A DNA stretch of 64,000 nt. Origin: a virus. Taxonomy: Duplodnaviria > Heunggongvirae > Uroviricota > Caudoviricetes. Under the pieces are notes generated by a model that saw only the letters and a program-made list of their open reading frames with translations, made no database searches and was not told where the DNA came from. The stretch lies in IMG/VR virus record IMGVR_UViG_2909739949_000002, positions 18,529 through 82,528 of that record; one strand, given 5' to 3'. This document shows positions 1 through 10,156 of the stretch, one piece after another; the stretch's first letter is position 1, and each line of letters starts with the position of its first letter. The translations under genes and the position numbers were made by a program.

Positions 1-12
1 GATAAGAATGCC

Positions 13-3000
13 ATGAAGAGAATTGTTATTGGCGCTGGTGTTACAGCTCTATGCGTAGCAATGGACTTCGATCTAGATATATTCTCTACTATCTTGGACG
101 TTAAGAAACCAGGTAAAGTATTGAATAGAGGCTGGAACAAAATTGCGATCGCAGCAGAGCAAGGTTTAGATTTCCAAGACGGATACCAGCCTTATGAACA
201 AGCTGGTCTTGTGCTTAAACACATTAGCGAAGAAGGAGAAGAGACTGATATCGTAGTTAAGGGCGACAAAGCAATGACCCTAACTCACGATGGTAGATTC
301 CTAACAAATGGATCTGGTGTAGGTTTAACACGCAAGAAGTTTGCTTATAGTGCTCGCAAGACATTAAGAGCTACTTTCAACGCTGTCTCTCTGAAGAAAG
401 ATGAAAGCTTAGACTCAGTGAAAGCTGAGATAGAGAAAGAGTTAATGGCAATATTAGCGAGTGATAAAGTCATTACTCATAACTCGAAACACAAGGATAA
501 AGTCATCTTCAAATTCCGTGGTAAGGAGTTAATTAAATACCGTGGACTAAACCAAGACATAATCCTCAGTTCTAAGTATGGTTGTAGCTTCCAAGTGCGC
601 AAGCTAGCTACATCTAAATCTCTATCTATCCAATTAACCGTAGTATACTTTGCTAGCGACTACGAAATTAAGGGTCGCGGTATTGGCATCAAAGCTGTAC
701 TAAAGGATGGTAGAAAAGTTAGCATTTCCAGAAGAGATGGTAGTGATCTCAACTGGGAAGTAGCCCTAAACAGCGAGTGTTTAAAGGGTAACGCTGCTAG
801 GCTTCACCAATATTGCGAGTGGCTACTAGAACAAACTGGTAAGTCTTCTTATCTAGTAACAGATTATCAAACAAAGGAGTTTGAAAGACTGCATACACCT
901 TCATTGACTGAAGAAGGTGTATATGATGTACAAGACTTAGCTGATGAAACCTGTCACTTCTACAAGTGGTGGGAAGGCAGAAGCGAAAGTTATTTCATTC
1001 GCGACTATGTAGACTATGAGAACTATTTCCAAACTTTAGTTCTTGGTCATGCAAAGATGGGTAATAAAGGCGACTACTCTCTAGTAGAGAAAGCTTTATC
1101 TCATGAAGCTAATGCTGTTATTACCCTGATTAATCTCAAGACTGGTAAACCAACTAATAAAATCCAGGAGGCGTTAACAGAAGATGGACTAGTACTAATA
1201 GAAGAGAGAGTAACTGGTGTACTAGCTCCATACACCTTCCAAGTCGAAATGGCTACTACTAGAGAAACAACAGTAGCAGCACAATCACCAACGCTTCAAC
1301 AACTATGCTCCGCTTATGCAGCTTATCCTTCCTTAGGATATGCACTGCTAGAGAATGCACAAGAGACTGAAGATGCAATCATTGGGTGTGCAGCTATGGC
1401 ATTAAATGATCCAACTCTACTGGATCTAAACAATAGTGGAGAGTTGAGTGTAGAAGGTAAAGATTGGGAAGTAGGTAGTAAAGACATATCTGCAAAAGAA
1501 ATAGCAGAAAGTCTCAACCCTAGTATGTTCTCTATGGGATATGCAAATATCTATGGTGAGAGTGATGACCCATTCCTAGCTTTCAGCGAACCAGGAACAG
1601 ACAAGAAGTTCAAACCGTCCGTCTTAGTCAACCAAGTAGGCATCAATGCACCAATGGAAGGCGGTAAGGTAGACTTCAGCGTAAGAGATGTTATTGAAGG
1701 TACTGCGTGGAACTATCAAGTAAACGTGGGTTCTGGATATAATATGTCAAGCGTAATGGCCTGTGTAGCGGCTATGACTCGATATGAGTGGATCAAGGCT
1801 AGTAAGGCTAAAGACAAAGTAGCTTTTGCTAAAGCTATGGAGAAAATGAAGCTTGTAGCTAAGGTTCAAGGTATGTGTTGGCTAACAGGCTATGAAGATA
1901 GCTGGTTGTGTGGTTATAACCTAAAAGGCATGGAGTTGGCTAACAAACTTCACATGTTCCGAAAAGGTTATGTGGCTAAATCAAAAGATAATGAGGAGGT
2001 AAATTTCTCGGCGGTAATCGAACAGATTAAGGGTCAACTAGAGAAGATAGCTAATACTAAATTCTCTGATAATGAAGTAATTATGTTCTTATGGGCGTAT
2101 AGAATAGCTCGTGCTATCTCTGCTCTTGAGAAATATACTTCTGGGCCTGAAGGTGTTGCTAAAGCGTTTAACTTAACTGATGAAGGAGTAGAAGATAAAG
2201 AAGATTTAGATATGGTTGCATTATGCGGCGCGATGCGTAGATGTGACCAAGGAAGATTTGCAAACTTCCTAACACCAGAAGAAGAAGACAATTCTGAAGC
2301 TGGTGGTATTTCAGTTTGGATGTTCTTGAGAGAAAGATGGGTAGATGTACAAAACAAAGTACCTTACTTCCTCCGTAGGAAGATCTACAAATCTATGATT
2401 GTTCAAACAGAGTTTGCTGACTTGACTCGTAATATTAGTGCGGCTGGCGATGAAACTTCACTAAGAAAGAATGAGTCACCAAGAGTTAAACGGAAACCTA
2501 CTGCTAATGCAGGAGAAAGTAGAGTTCTAGTCACTTTACCTGATGCAGATATTGATCTTCCATTTATTCCATTGGAGTACAGTTCAGTAGACGAAGATAA
2601 CTATGGAACTGTAGTTAGCGGCTCGACAGAATTCTTAAAGTTTAAGCAACTAGGAGGTGCTTTTGAAGTAGTAAGAAGATTCTGTCCTATTGGTGAAGAT
2701 GGAAAGAGAGATACAAAGTATCGGAAAGCTGATGCTACCAAAGTACTAAAGTCAGTCTACAAAGTAACCGACTTCAATGGTACAGAATATCAGTTTGATG
2801 AAACATTGCATTTCTGGACTGAAGCCTTAAGCGCTGAGGAAACTCTGAAGATGGCACATAATCGTTATCCTAATGGATGCGTTATATGTTCCATCGATGG
2901 GAAGAATCCAGACAAAGAAACCGATCTGGAAGTGTACTTTAACTTTGGCGCTTTACTAAAGAGTGCTGCATTTATGGGAGGCGGTTCTTCTACTGGTATT

Positions 3001-3447
3001 GGTTTAAGCATTGTCGAATTGCTACATGGAATGGTAGATCGTTACGAGAATAGACCTAAGAACTGGACTACTAAAGCTAGAAATGCCCTAGCTGGTATCC
3101 AAGGTCAAATGAGAGAAATGTTAAAAGCAGGACTCTTACGTAGAATAGGCAGAACTGAACCATTTGCTCAAGGTGGTAAAGTAATGTCTAGCCATTCCTG
3201 TCCGAATGAGATTGTGACTCATGAAGGAGTAGAGTATTCTATTCCAGTAGTGAAGATGAATCCAAATGACGATATCGTCAAGGTAGGAGGTTACATAGAA
3301 GGATCTGTGGTGGCAGTTTATAGAACACCTCAGATTGCTAAACTCTATTGCATTGTAGTAATGGATGAGAACGTATCACTGGGTCACATTGAAGTTAATG
3401 CTCTACTATGGGCTAAATCCAATCGTGGTGATGGTGACGGTAAATAA
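13..3447 (+). CDS. large hypothetical protein (1144 aa), possibly virion-associated; no catalytic motif recognised
   Basis: uninterrupted 3.4-kb ORF; GC about 43%, higher than downstream genes; no P-loop or polymerase motifs seen. Confidence 0.55.
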   Translation: MKRIVIGAGVTALCVAMDFDLDIFSTILDVKKPGKVLNRGWNKIAIAAEQGLDFQDGYQPYEQAGLVLKHISEEGEETDIVVKGDKAMTLTHDGRFLTNGSGVGLTRKKFAYSARKTLRATFNAVSLKKDESLDSVKAEIEKELMAILASDKVITHNSKHKDKVIFKFRGKELIKYRGLNQDIILSSKYGCSFQVRKLATSKSLSIQLTVVYFASDYEIKGRGIGIKAVLKDGRKVSISRRDGSDLNWEVALNSECLKGNAARLHQYCEWLLEQTGKSSYLVTDYQTKEFERLHTPSLTEEGVYDVQDLADETCHFYKWWEGRSESYFIRDYVDYENYFQTLVLGHAKMGNKGDYSLVEKALSHEANAVITLINLKTGKPTNKIQEALTEDGLVLIEERVTGVLAPYTFQVEMATTRETTVAAQSPTLQQLCSAYAAYPSLGYALLENAQETEDAIIGCAAMALNDPTLLDLNNSGELSVEGKDWEVGSKDISAKEIAESLNPSMFSMGYANIYGESDDPFLAFSEPGTDKKFKPSVLVNQVGINAPMEGGKVDFSVRDVIEGTAWNYQVNVGSGYNMSSVMACVAAMTRYEWIKASKAKDKVAFAKAMEKMKLVAKVQGMCWLTGYEDSWLCGYNLKGMELANKLHMFRKGYVAKSKDNEEVNFSAVIEQIKGQLEKIANTKFSDNEVIMFLWAYRIARAISALEKYTSGPEGVAKAFNLTDEGVEDKEDLDMVALCGAMRRCDQGRFANFLTPEEEDNSEAGGISVWMFLRERWVDVQNKVPYFLRRKIYKSMIVQTEFADLTRNISAAGDETSLRKNESPRVKRKPTANAGESRVLVTLPDADIDLPFIPLEYSSVDEDNYGTVVSGSTEFLKFKQLGGAFEVVRRFCPIGEDGKRDTKYRKADATKVLKSVYKVTDFNGTEYQFDETLHFWTEALSAEETLKMAHNRYPNGCVICSIDGKNPDKETDLEVYFNFGALLKSAAFMGGGSSTGIGLSIVELLHGMVDRYENRPKNWTTKARNALAGIQGQMREMLKAGLLRRIGRTEPFAQGGKVMSSHSCPNEIVTHEGVEYSIPVVKMNPNDDIVKVGGYIEGSVVAVYRTPQIAKLYCIVVMDENVSLGHIEVNALLWAKSNRGDGDGK

Positions 3448-3751
3448 TATTGCCGCTTTGTAGAGTAATCTACATGGAAATAAGGGGAATTTCAGTTAAA
3501 GGTAGGGATACTCTAGACTGACACAACACTGATAGTTGAAATACTATTAAGAGGTGCAAACGACTGACAACCCAATCCACAATAAAGGGTTACTAATAAC
3601 ATAGTAATCGTATGGATTAATATACAGTCTGAGCTTTCTAATAATCCAACACTAACTAACATTAGGGTAATAAAAGAAAGAGGTAGGAGGAATAAAGTAA
3701 CGGCCTACCATTCACCTGATTCTGTTAATTAAACTTTCTGCATAATTAAAT

Positions 3752-4357
3752 GTGATGCAGAGAATGACTATATTAACAGAATATAATCTAAGTTTTGAAG
3801 AGAAGCAAAGATTTGATGGCAATATGTTGGGAGATAGTAGCATAGTCTATAAGAGCAAAGAAACAAATGCTCCTAGATATCTACATTATTCTAAGCATAA
3901 AGAATATCTAATCTGGCTTTCTACAAAAGTAAATTACTTTACTAATAGACCTATTTGGAATAAGTTTGTCTTTGATAAAAGAACAAGAAAGACCTACTAT
4001 TCTTATTACATAGGTACTAAAAGTAGTTTATTCTTCAAGAACCAAAGAAGTAGGTGGTATATAGGGAGTAAAAAGATACTGCCTAATGACCTGATAATAG
4101 ATAAACATCTATTACTTCATTGGTACTTAGATGATGGAAGCAAAGCTACAAAAGGAGGAATATACTTTGCTACTGATGGATTTAGCTTTGAAGAAGCTGA
4201 AGCATTGAGTAACAAAATAGCAAAGTATACTAATCTAAATACAAGCCTACATACAAATCAAGGAAACCCTAGAGTGTATATATTCAAGAAAAACACTAAA
4301 GAGTTCTTTGATATCATAGGTAAGTGTCCAATAAGTAGCTTTGAATACAAGTGGTGA
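3752..4357 (+). CDS. LAGLIDADG-family homing endonuclease (free-standing)
   Basis: two LAGLIDADG-like motifs (FDGNMLGDSSIVY and LLHWYLDDGSKATKGG); AT-rich ORF in GC-richer flanks; weak RBS. Confidence 0.7.
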   Translation: MMQRMTILTEYNLSFEEKQRFDGNMLGDSSIVYKSKETNAPRYLHYSKHKEYLIWLSTKVNYFTNRPIWNKFVFDKRTRKTYYSYYIGTKSSLFFKNQRSRWYIGSKKILPNDLIIDKHLLLHWYLDDGSKATKGGIYFATDGFSFEEAEALSNKIAKYTNLNTSLHTNQGNPRVYIFKKNTKEFFDIIGKCPISSFEYKW

Positions 4358-4462
4358 ATTAACAAAACTGGATCCTATTGCTATCGAATTGATTAAACGT
4401 TACTTAAGTGGAATGAAAAGACACGAAGTAACTGAGCAATAATCAAAGCTAGTTAAATAACT

Positions 4463-4490
4463 GAAGGGGGATATCCCCCTTCTTTCTTTT
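4463..4490 (+). terminator. rho-independent terminator after HEG
   Basis: GAAGGGGGATATCCCCCTTC perfect hairpin followed by TTTCTTTT. Confidence 0.6.
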
Positions 4491-4631
4491 AGTGTTCTGC
4501 TTGACACACAGAACATCTTCAGATAAATTGTTTATCTAGATAAACAAATTCTATGTAATTATTCTACGAAGGTTGTATGGCCTATGGCTATCCTGGAGTA
4601 GAGTAAATATTTAGAAGCCTAACAAACTGAA

Positions 4632-4724
4632 CGTTGATCGCTTGAAGAAAGAATGCCGGAATGTAAGTTAGGTAGCTATCACTCTAGAATCTATACCGTT
4701 GATCGCTTGAAGAAAGAATGCCGG
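4632..4724. repeat. tandem direct repeat, 2 x ~65 bp with identical 28-bp core CGTTGATCGCTTGAAGAAAGAATGCCGG
   Basis: core at 4632-4659 and 4697-4724; second sub-repeat TAGGTAGCTAT / GGGTAGCTAT in each unit. Confidence 0.85.
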
Positions 4725-5089
4725 GGAGGATAGGGTAGCTATAAGTTTAAATAGATAATCAGTGATATCTGGGGTACTCCCTAAGAGTACTTTTTGTAAG
4801 CTTTTTGTATGCTCTTTGTCCATGCACCGTTAGAGCTGTCTTAGTATGCTCTAAGTGTGCTGGTTGTGCGCCAGTTGACCATCACTAGATGGACTGGTGA
4901 AGTATGCTTATTGGAAGCTTATTAGTGTGCTGATTGTCGAGCCGCTTGTAAGCTAGCTGACCTTCACTAATAAGTCGAGAAGAGTTAGCTAGTAGCCATG
5001 CTAACATGTCTCGCTTCTTTGGTGCATGGTCTATTCGCTTCATTACCAGCACCAATAAGCCAATACTAGTATTCAAATGGAGGTTCCTC

Positions 5090-5848
5090 ATGGCTGGTTT
5101 ATATGGAAAGTTTTCTAACCGCTCTGCTGAAGACAAAGAAGCTATCAAGAAGTTGCAACAAGAGCTACACAAGAAGTTACAAGAAGAACGGGAGGCAGAG
5201 CTAGCTGCTCTTCAGACGGTTAATGAAGGCGAAATAAGATATACCTTAGTAGTTGCTGCATCTGGTACTAAAGGAGGATTCTTACGTGAATCTCATCCAG
5301 AGATTGCTTCTGGGGTAATCTATGCTAAGTGTACAAGCATGGAAGGCATTGCCTACACTACAGTTCCTTCTACCAAAGATAAGCTGGCATGGAATGACCC
5401 AAATCATCCAGAAGATACCATGCTTGAAAGCACTATTGCTATCAGTATGTCGCTGGAAGACATGGAAATCTTTGAGAGCAATTTCAATGCCCGTCCAGAA
5501 AGTAGTCAGAGAGGCAGAGCCGTAGAGTTCGATGTGATTACCAGTGATACATTCACCATGAATGTTAGCGGTATCTTCTTTGCAAATGGGCTAAAGTGGT
5601 TAGGAGACATGGTTGCCCCTAAAGGCACTCAACCTTCTACTGCCGAGGAGCAAAGAGAATTAGCACGGGCTAATCGGGCTACCTCTATTGAAATTCGTAA
5701 TAATCGCATTGAAGCAGGTCGGGCTGCTCGTCGCAATATGATGATGGGTAATACTATTGCTCAAACTTCGCAAACTACTCAACCTGACCTTCAGCCTTCT
5801 GAAGTAGCTGAGATTAGCGAAGAAGATCTCAGTAAAGTAGGCGTGTAG
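5090..5848 (+). CDS. hypothetical protein
   Basis: ORF with GGAGG SD 7 nt upstream of ATG (MAGLYGKF...); longer ORF from 5006 lacks RBS. Confidence 0.5.
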   Translation: MAGLYGKFSNRSAEDKEAIKKLQQELHKKLQEEREAELAALQTVNEGEIRYTLVVAASGTKGGFLRESHPEIASGVIYAKCTSMEGIAYTTVPSTKDKLAWNDPNHPEDTMLESTIAISMSLEDMEIFESNFNARPESSQRGRAVEFDVITSDTFTMNVSGIFFANGLKWLGDMVAPKGTQPSTAEEQRELARANRATSIEIRNNRIEAGRAARRNMMMGNTIAQTSQTTQPDLQPSEVAEISEEDLSKVGV

Positions 5849-5981
5849 CCTATCTAGTTAGGGGACTCCTAGTTCCCTAACTACCTAGACCATAAAGAAC
5901 AGCAACAAGTTGGGGATATGCAAACACAACACGCCTTGATAGAAACAGCCCTAAGACAATTGTTGATCGAACACGGAGAAA

Positions 5982-6392
5982 ATGCTATTACAATATCAGA
6001 GTCCGAGAGAATCAAACATGAACAATTTACGCGACTTACTAACTTACTTAGAAGTCAACAGCCCAAACATTCTACAAACTAGAGTTTTCCGTTTAACTGT
6101 TAGTCATCTAATCTTTGCCTCTTTATATGCTGACCCTAAAGAAGGTATCAGCATATACAGCCAGCTTAGAGTAGAGGCTGAGAAAGAAGGAATAACTTTT
6201 ACTAGTTACCTTTACGAGCTAGTAAGGGGAGAACAGACCTCTAATTTAGAAGTAGACTTTGGAAGTCTAGCTGCGTTGGTTACTTATCTCTTAGAAGGAA
6301 ACAATTCTCTAGAGACAAAAGTGATATCTCAAAAGCAGAGAAACAAAGCTATGGAAATAGTCAATGAATATATGTTGTCTCAGAATAATTAA
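5982..6392 (+). CDS. hypothetical protein
   Basis: 136-aa ORF, no motif. Confidence 0.4.
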   Translation: MLLQYQSPRESNMNNLRDLLTYLEVNSPNILQTRVFRLTVSHLIFASLYADPKEGISIYSQLRVEAEKEGITFTSYLYELVRGEQTSNLEVDFGSLAALVTYLLEGNNSLETKVISQKQRNKAMEIVNEYMLSQNN

Positions 6393-6513
6393 CCGAGGGA
6401 TGCAGATATTTCTCTATCTGCATTAAGGAACCCTTCTTGTGAAGAGGCTAGTCCCAAGTCTAGCAATAATTCCATAGTCATTTGTAAACCTTACACCATA
6501 AGGAGAAAAATGT

Positions 6514-6756
6514 ATGTCTGCATATATTACTAAATATAATGTTAAGTTTGACTGCTGGTACATAACTCGTAAGGAAGATGGCAAAGGGCCTTTTGCCATG
6601 TCTATCAGTAAGGATGTTCCCAAGAATATTCTAGAGATGTGTATTAGCTGGGAATCTAGAAATTTCTTAGATGCTCCAGTGGAAATCATCCAGGCGGTTC
6701 ATGCTTGGAATGAAAGGCACCCATCTAAGAGCCAAGCTTTTGTAAGCGGTCTTTAG
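6514..6756 (+). CDS. hypothetical small protein
   Basis: AAGGAG SD 8 nt upstream of ATG. Confidence 0.45.
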   Translation: MSAYITKYNVKFDCWYITRKEDGKGPFAMSISKDVPKNILEMCISWESRNFLDAPVEIIQAVHAWNERHPSKSQAFVSGL

Positions 6757-7521
6757 AGAGCTGGCAAAAGCTGGTCTAATCCGTTAATGTTTTAGGCGGC
6801 TTTAGTGGTAGAACTACCTGCCCACTTTCCATTAGGAAGATAATCACTATGTTACCTATAGTGGAAATGTTCTTATTAACTGATTAGTTAATAAGGTATG
6901 GTGGATTAGGTAATAGTTTTCTAGGAGTTATGAGGCAGCTTTTAGAAGATGAACAAGTTATAAGCCTCCCAAGTAACAGTTGATGAACTAATGATTAAGG
7001 GTAACTCAATAAGCCCCCTTGATTCTGATAGGTGCCTATTAGATGAAAAGGTGTCGAACTATCTTTCAAAAGTAGAGATAGGGAGATTAAGAAAAGATTG
7101 GGCTATTTCCTATCTAGAGGGAAGTAGATATTCTAGGAGATAGATTAACCACTATTGAATAGAATCTTAGGTTCATGTTCTCTAACCTATAAAGGACGGC
7201 TTGGTACCCCGTTCTTAAGTCCTACCAAAGGACGTAAAGAAATATAGATGAAGGGTGGTAGCTTCATCTATAAGAGAACCATGCTAACTAGGTAGTGTTA
7301 ATCTGCCTTTAAGTTAATAGGAGGCTGGTTACCTCCTATAACAATTAGCTGGTGGAACTGCTCCAAACTCTTATCTAGCAATAGATAGGAGACCGAATGA
7401 CTGGTAACAGGTATACGGAACTATTGAACTTGGGTGGCGATCTTGACCCATTTATCAGTAGGGGAGGTTCGATTCCTCTAACCTGTATTGTTAACTAATT
7501 TATTTAATTGGAGGTTGGGTC

Positions 7522-7932
7522 ATGGCTAAATTTAGAGATATTTCTGTTGGCGAATCTATTCAAATAGTAGATGTGGAGGAACTAGTCTACTTTGAGATGA
7601 AAGAGGTGTATGTCTCTCAAGTAGATGATGACGATGATGATGACTATATCACCTTTGAAGTGAAGATGATAATGACCGCCCTATTAAGAAATGGAGAAAC
7701 TATTAAGATACATAAATTAGAGAATATCTGTGAGGTAATGTCTGCCTTACATAAGGATTCAGTTAGCGAGAAACTGAAAACAATCTTCGTACAAAAGGTG
7801 AAGGAGTTTTATACTCTAACCCAAGCAGAAGGGAGTAATGATATCCTTCGTATCTCTCCTTTTGAAAGAGAGGTATTAAATCTAGCTGTAGAAGGAGAGA
7901 CGATAGTTAATAGCTGCGAGGTAACTGAGTAA
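7522..7932 (+). CDS. hypothetical protein with poly-Asp tract
   Basis: GGAGG SD; DDDDDDD run. Confidence 0.5.
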   Translation: MAKFRDISVGESIQIVDVEELVYFEMKEVYVSQVDDDDDDDYITFEVKMIMTALLRNGETIKIHKLENICEVMSALHKDSVSEKLKTIFVQKVKEFYTLTQAEGSNDILRISPFEREVLNLAVEGETIVNSCEVTE

Positions 7933-8213
7933 TGGAATCTAAACTATCTCCTTCTCAAGTAGCAGATGTCGCTGAGAGGGAATATCAGCGAGTGATAGAA
8001 GCGTGGAAGAAAGGAATGGCAGTCGTTAGCTATTCCTTCACTCCTAATGAATATCACTCTAATGCATTTGGGCATATGAGTAGCAGCCTTATAGTTACTC
8101 AAGGAGTGAAGAACATATCTATTGAAGCGCCTATCTGGTTTGGTCATACTGAAACGTATGTAGGAAAGGTGTGGTTTCCTGATAGTGAGTTCTATCAAGA
8201 CGTAAAAGTTTAG
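7932..8213 (+). CDS. hypothetical protein, paralog family A (YSF..NEYH motif)
   Basis: ATGA start/stop overlap with upstream gene; shares E..WK.G...YSF.PNEYH with 8360 and 9776 ORFs. Confidence 0.45.
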   Translation: MESKLSPSQVADVAEREYQRVIEAWKKGMAVVSYSFTPNEYHSNAFGHMSSSLIVTQGVKNISIEAPIWFGHTETYVGKVWFPDSEFYQDVKV

Positions 8214-8359
8214 GTTAGGGGCGGCATGTTTGAGGAAGATAACGATTATTTAGAATTGAAGTTAGCTAATATAGCTATCTCTGCATTCATTATATTCATG
8301 GTGGGTGTATTAGCTGGCATTGGTTGGACTAGATATCAAATATCTAAAGTGGAGCCTCC

Positions 8360-8638
8360 ATGTCCAATAGAACAATCCAAGTAACTATACCTCTCTACGA
8401 AAGGGCTGCTACTAGAGAGTTCAAAGAGATACTGGATGTATGGAGGCAGCCTAACTCTATACTCTGTACCTACTACCTTAGTGGGGCAGAGTATAATGAC
8501 TTGGCTTACGAACATTTATATAACCTTCTGATTACTCATTTCATAGGGATAGGTCAGAAGGTTACTATCTCTACTCCTACATGGGTAGGTGATAGAGGGC
8601 GCGGGTTCTGGAGTGGAGTGATATGGTTCCAGAGATAA
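8360..8638 (+). CDS. hypothetical protein, paralog family A
   Basis: GGAG SD; similar to 7932 ORF. Confidence 0.45.
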   Translation: MSNRTIQVTIPLYERAATREFKEILDVWRQPNSILCTYYLSGAEYNDLAYEHLYNLLITHFIGIGQKVTISTPTWVGDRGRGFWSGVIWFQR

Positions 8639-8850
8639 TGAGTGAAACCTTAGATCCTACTATAGGAATACTAAGGGGAACTAGGGCGGTGAATGAAGTG
8701 GAATGGGAAGGTGATATCCTTGTTCATCTAAAGAAGAAGGTTATATTCAGATACATTCCAGTTGATAGACCTATTAGGAAGAGGAAAAGAAGAAACTATG
8801 ATTACGTATCTTCTGGGAATCTTGACTACTCTAGTCTTACTATTGATTAG
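8623..8850 (+). CDS. hypothetical protein
   Basis: GGAGTGAT SD; overlaps neighbours. Confidence 0.3.
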   Translation: MVPEIMSETLDPTIGILRGTRAVNEVEWEGDILVHLKKKVIFRYIPVDRPIRKRKRRNYDYVSSGNLDYSSLTID

Positions 8851-9010
8851 TAAGTTAGAATTCACTAGAGGGAGTGTAGAATTGAATCTACATCCTCTAA
8901 AGTTAAGGTTCTATACCACAAGCTCTGAAGTAGAACCATATGGGGATCTATGGTTCATTTGGGAAGATAAGATAGTTTGGACTGCTAATGAGGGATTGCA
9001 GAAGAAATAA
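8798..9010 (+). CDS. hypothetical small membrane protein
   Basis: internal ATG with AGGAAGAGGA SD; hydrophobic N-terminus. Confidence 0.3.
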   Translation: MITYLLGILTTLVLLLISKLEFTRGSVELNLHPLKLRFYTTSSEVEPYGDLWFIWEDKIVWTANEGLQKK

Positions 9011-9062
9011 TTAATTTAGGGTGCATCTATAACTAGGGCAGTTGACAGAGCGGTATTGTTCT

Positions 9063-9135
9063 GGACGGTTAACTATCTGGAGATAGTAGCGGCCTCATAA
9101 GCCGCCATAGGTGAGTTCGATCCTCACACCGTCTA
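9063..9135 (+). tRNA. tRNA-Met (anticodon CAU)
   Basis: cloverleaf: acceptor GGACGGT/ACCGTCT, D-stem ACTA/TAGT, anticodon stem GCGGC/GCCGC with loop CTCATAA, T-arm GTGAG-TTCGATC-CTCAC, discriminator A. Confidence 0.8.
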
Positions 9136-9167
9136 TTTAACCAATTAATTTAACTGGAGGAATTACT

Positions 9168-9428
9168 ATGCTTTATGGATTAGAAGCTAAAGATAAATAT
9201 GCGTTAGTTATTATCACTGAAGAAGGTCATACCGTAGTTGACCATGTTGCTAACAATATAGATGATTCTGTCTATGTTGAAGATTGGGAAGTGTATGGGC
9301 TTCCTCAAAGTGAGTGGAGGAAGGCGCATCACTTAACTAAATGGGTCGTAGAGAATAGACCTAATTGGAAGTACTATTCAGCTATGTTTAGTATTGGAGA
9401 AGTGATGAAAGGATTGATTCCAGGTTAA
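9168..9428 (+). CDS. hypothetical protein
   Basis: GGAGG SD. Confidence 0.5.
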   Translation: MLYGLEAKDKYALVIITEEGHTVVDHVANNIDDSVYVEDWEVYGLPQSEWRKAHHLTKWVVENRPNWKYYSAMFSIGEVMKGLIPG

Positions 9429-9429
9429 T

Positions 9430-9496
9430 AGTACTAGGTAGATATATATGTTCCTAATGATTCATTAGAAGAATGTATTATCTATCTAGTACTAAG
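9430..9496. repeat. long hairpin ACTAGGTAGATA...TATCTATCTAGT (CATTAGAAG in loop), family B
   Basis: 16-bp stem; near-identical element at 11941. Confidence 0.5.
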
Positions 9497-9573
9497 GGCG
9501 GCGCATCTATCTAGTACTAATTAACCATAAGGATAACTAGCAACTATCCTTGTGGTTAATTGTTTATTGGAGA

Positions 9574-9735
9574 GGGTTCCATGAGAATCGTTGAAGTATT
9601 AACTAGTGTAGTGGTAGTTGGAACTTTAGGTAGCGCGATTATAGGTCTAAGCTTAGTGAATGCTAAGTATGACTTAAAACCTAGTCCAGTAACCACTCTC
9701 TTCAACAAAGGGGAAGTAGTTATCCCCTATCAATA
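9574..9735 (+). CDS. small membrane protein (53 aa)
   Basis: GGAGAGGG SD; hydrophobic core. Confidence 0.35.
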
Positions 9736-9748
9736 GTTTAGTAGTAGT

Positions 9749-9768
9749 GGCGGCATTCTAGCCGCCTA
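9749..9768 (+). terminator. GGCGGC-N6-GCCGCC hairpin (family A)
   Basis: GGCGGCATTCTAGCCGCC after ORF. Confidence 0.45.
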
Positions 9769-9775
9769 ATTAATT

Positions 9776-9991
9776 ATGGAAGCTTGGGAAAGAGAATTTA
9801 ATAAGGTTATGGAATCCTGTAAATCAGGAGAGAAGAAAGCTTCATACCATTTTAGCAGTAATGAATACCACGAAGGAGGGCATGAGAAGTTAGTGAGAGC
9901 CTTACTGGATGAATTCCTCAGTAAGGTTCATATATATTCGCCTGTTAGATTAGGCGATGGAAGTGGTTACGAAGGTGACATTTACTTTTAG
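9776..9991 (+). CDS. hypothetical protein, paralog family A
   Basis: SYHFSSNEYH motif shared with 7932/8360. Confidence 0.4.
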   Translation: MEAWEREFNKVMESCKSGEKKASYHFSSNEYHEGGHEKLVRALLDEFLSKVHIYSPVRLGDGSGYEGDIYF

Positions 9992-10000
9992 GAGGTAGAT

Positions 10001-10156
10001 ATGGATATTTCAATCAGAAGCGCACTATTACATGTAATCTTAATATGCCTAGTGGGGATACTAGGTATTCAAGGAATCTATAGCCTATTTGTAGTAGCTA
10101 CTACAGACTATAGCCGCGTTGAATATAAAGGTTACGGGGCGGGTCGTAATTGGTAG
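10001..10156 (+). CDS. small membrane protein (51 aa)
   Basis: AGGAGG SD; TM helix. Confidence 0.35.
   Translation: MDISIRSALLHVILICLVGILGIQGIYSLFVVATTDYSRVEYKGYGAGRNW

Noticed and set aside
3448-5089. Group I intron carrying the LAGLIDADG HEG and splitting a host gene
   Set aside because: The upstream ORF ends with a stop. The downstream gene has its own GGAGG SD and ATG in a different frame. The HEG has its own terminator, and no P7/P3 core sequences were recognised by eye. Splicing is not excluded without an RNA model.
5006-5089. Longer N-terminal extension of the 5090 gene (MSRFFGAW...)
   Set aside because: No RBS precedes the 5006 ATG, whereas the internal ATG at 5090 has a perfect GGAGG SD.
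5322-5525. 67-aa ORF inside the 5090-5848 gene, and 34433-34618 inside 34027-35184
   Set aside because: These are alternative frames of longer, better-supported genes.
9090-9105. GCGGC-CTCATAA-GCCGC hairpin initially counted as a family-A terminator
   Set aside because: It is the anticodon arm of tRNA-Met (9063-9135).
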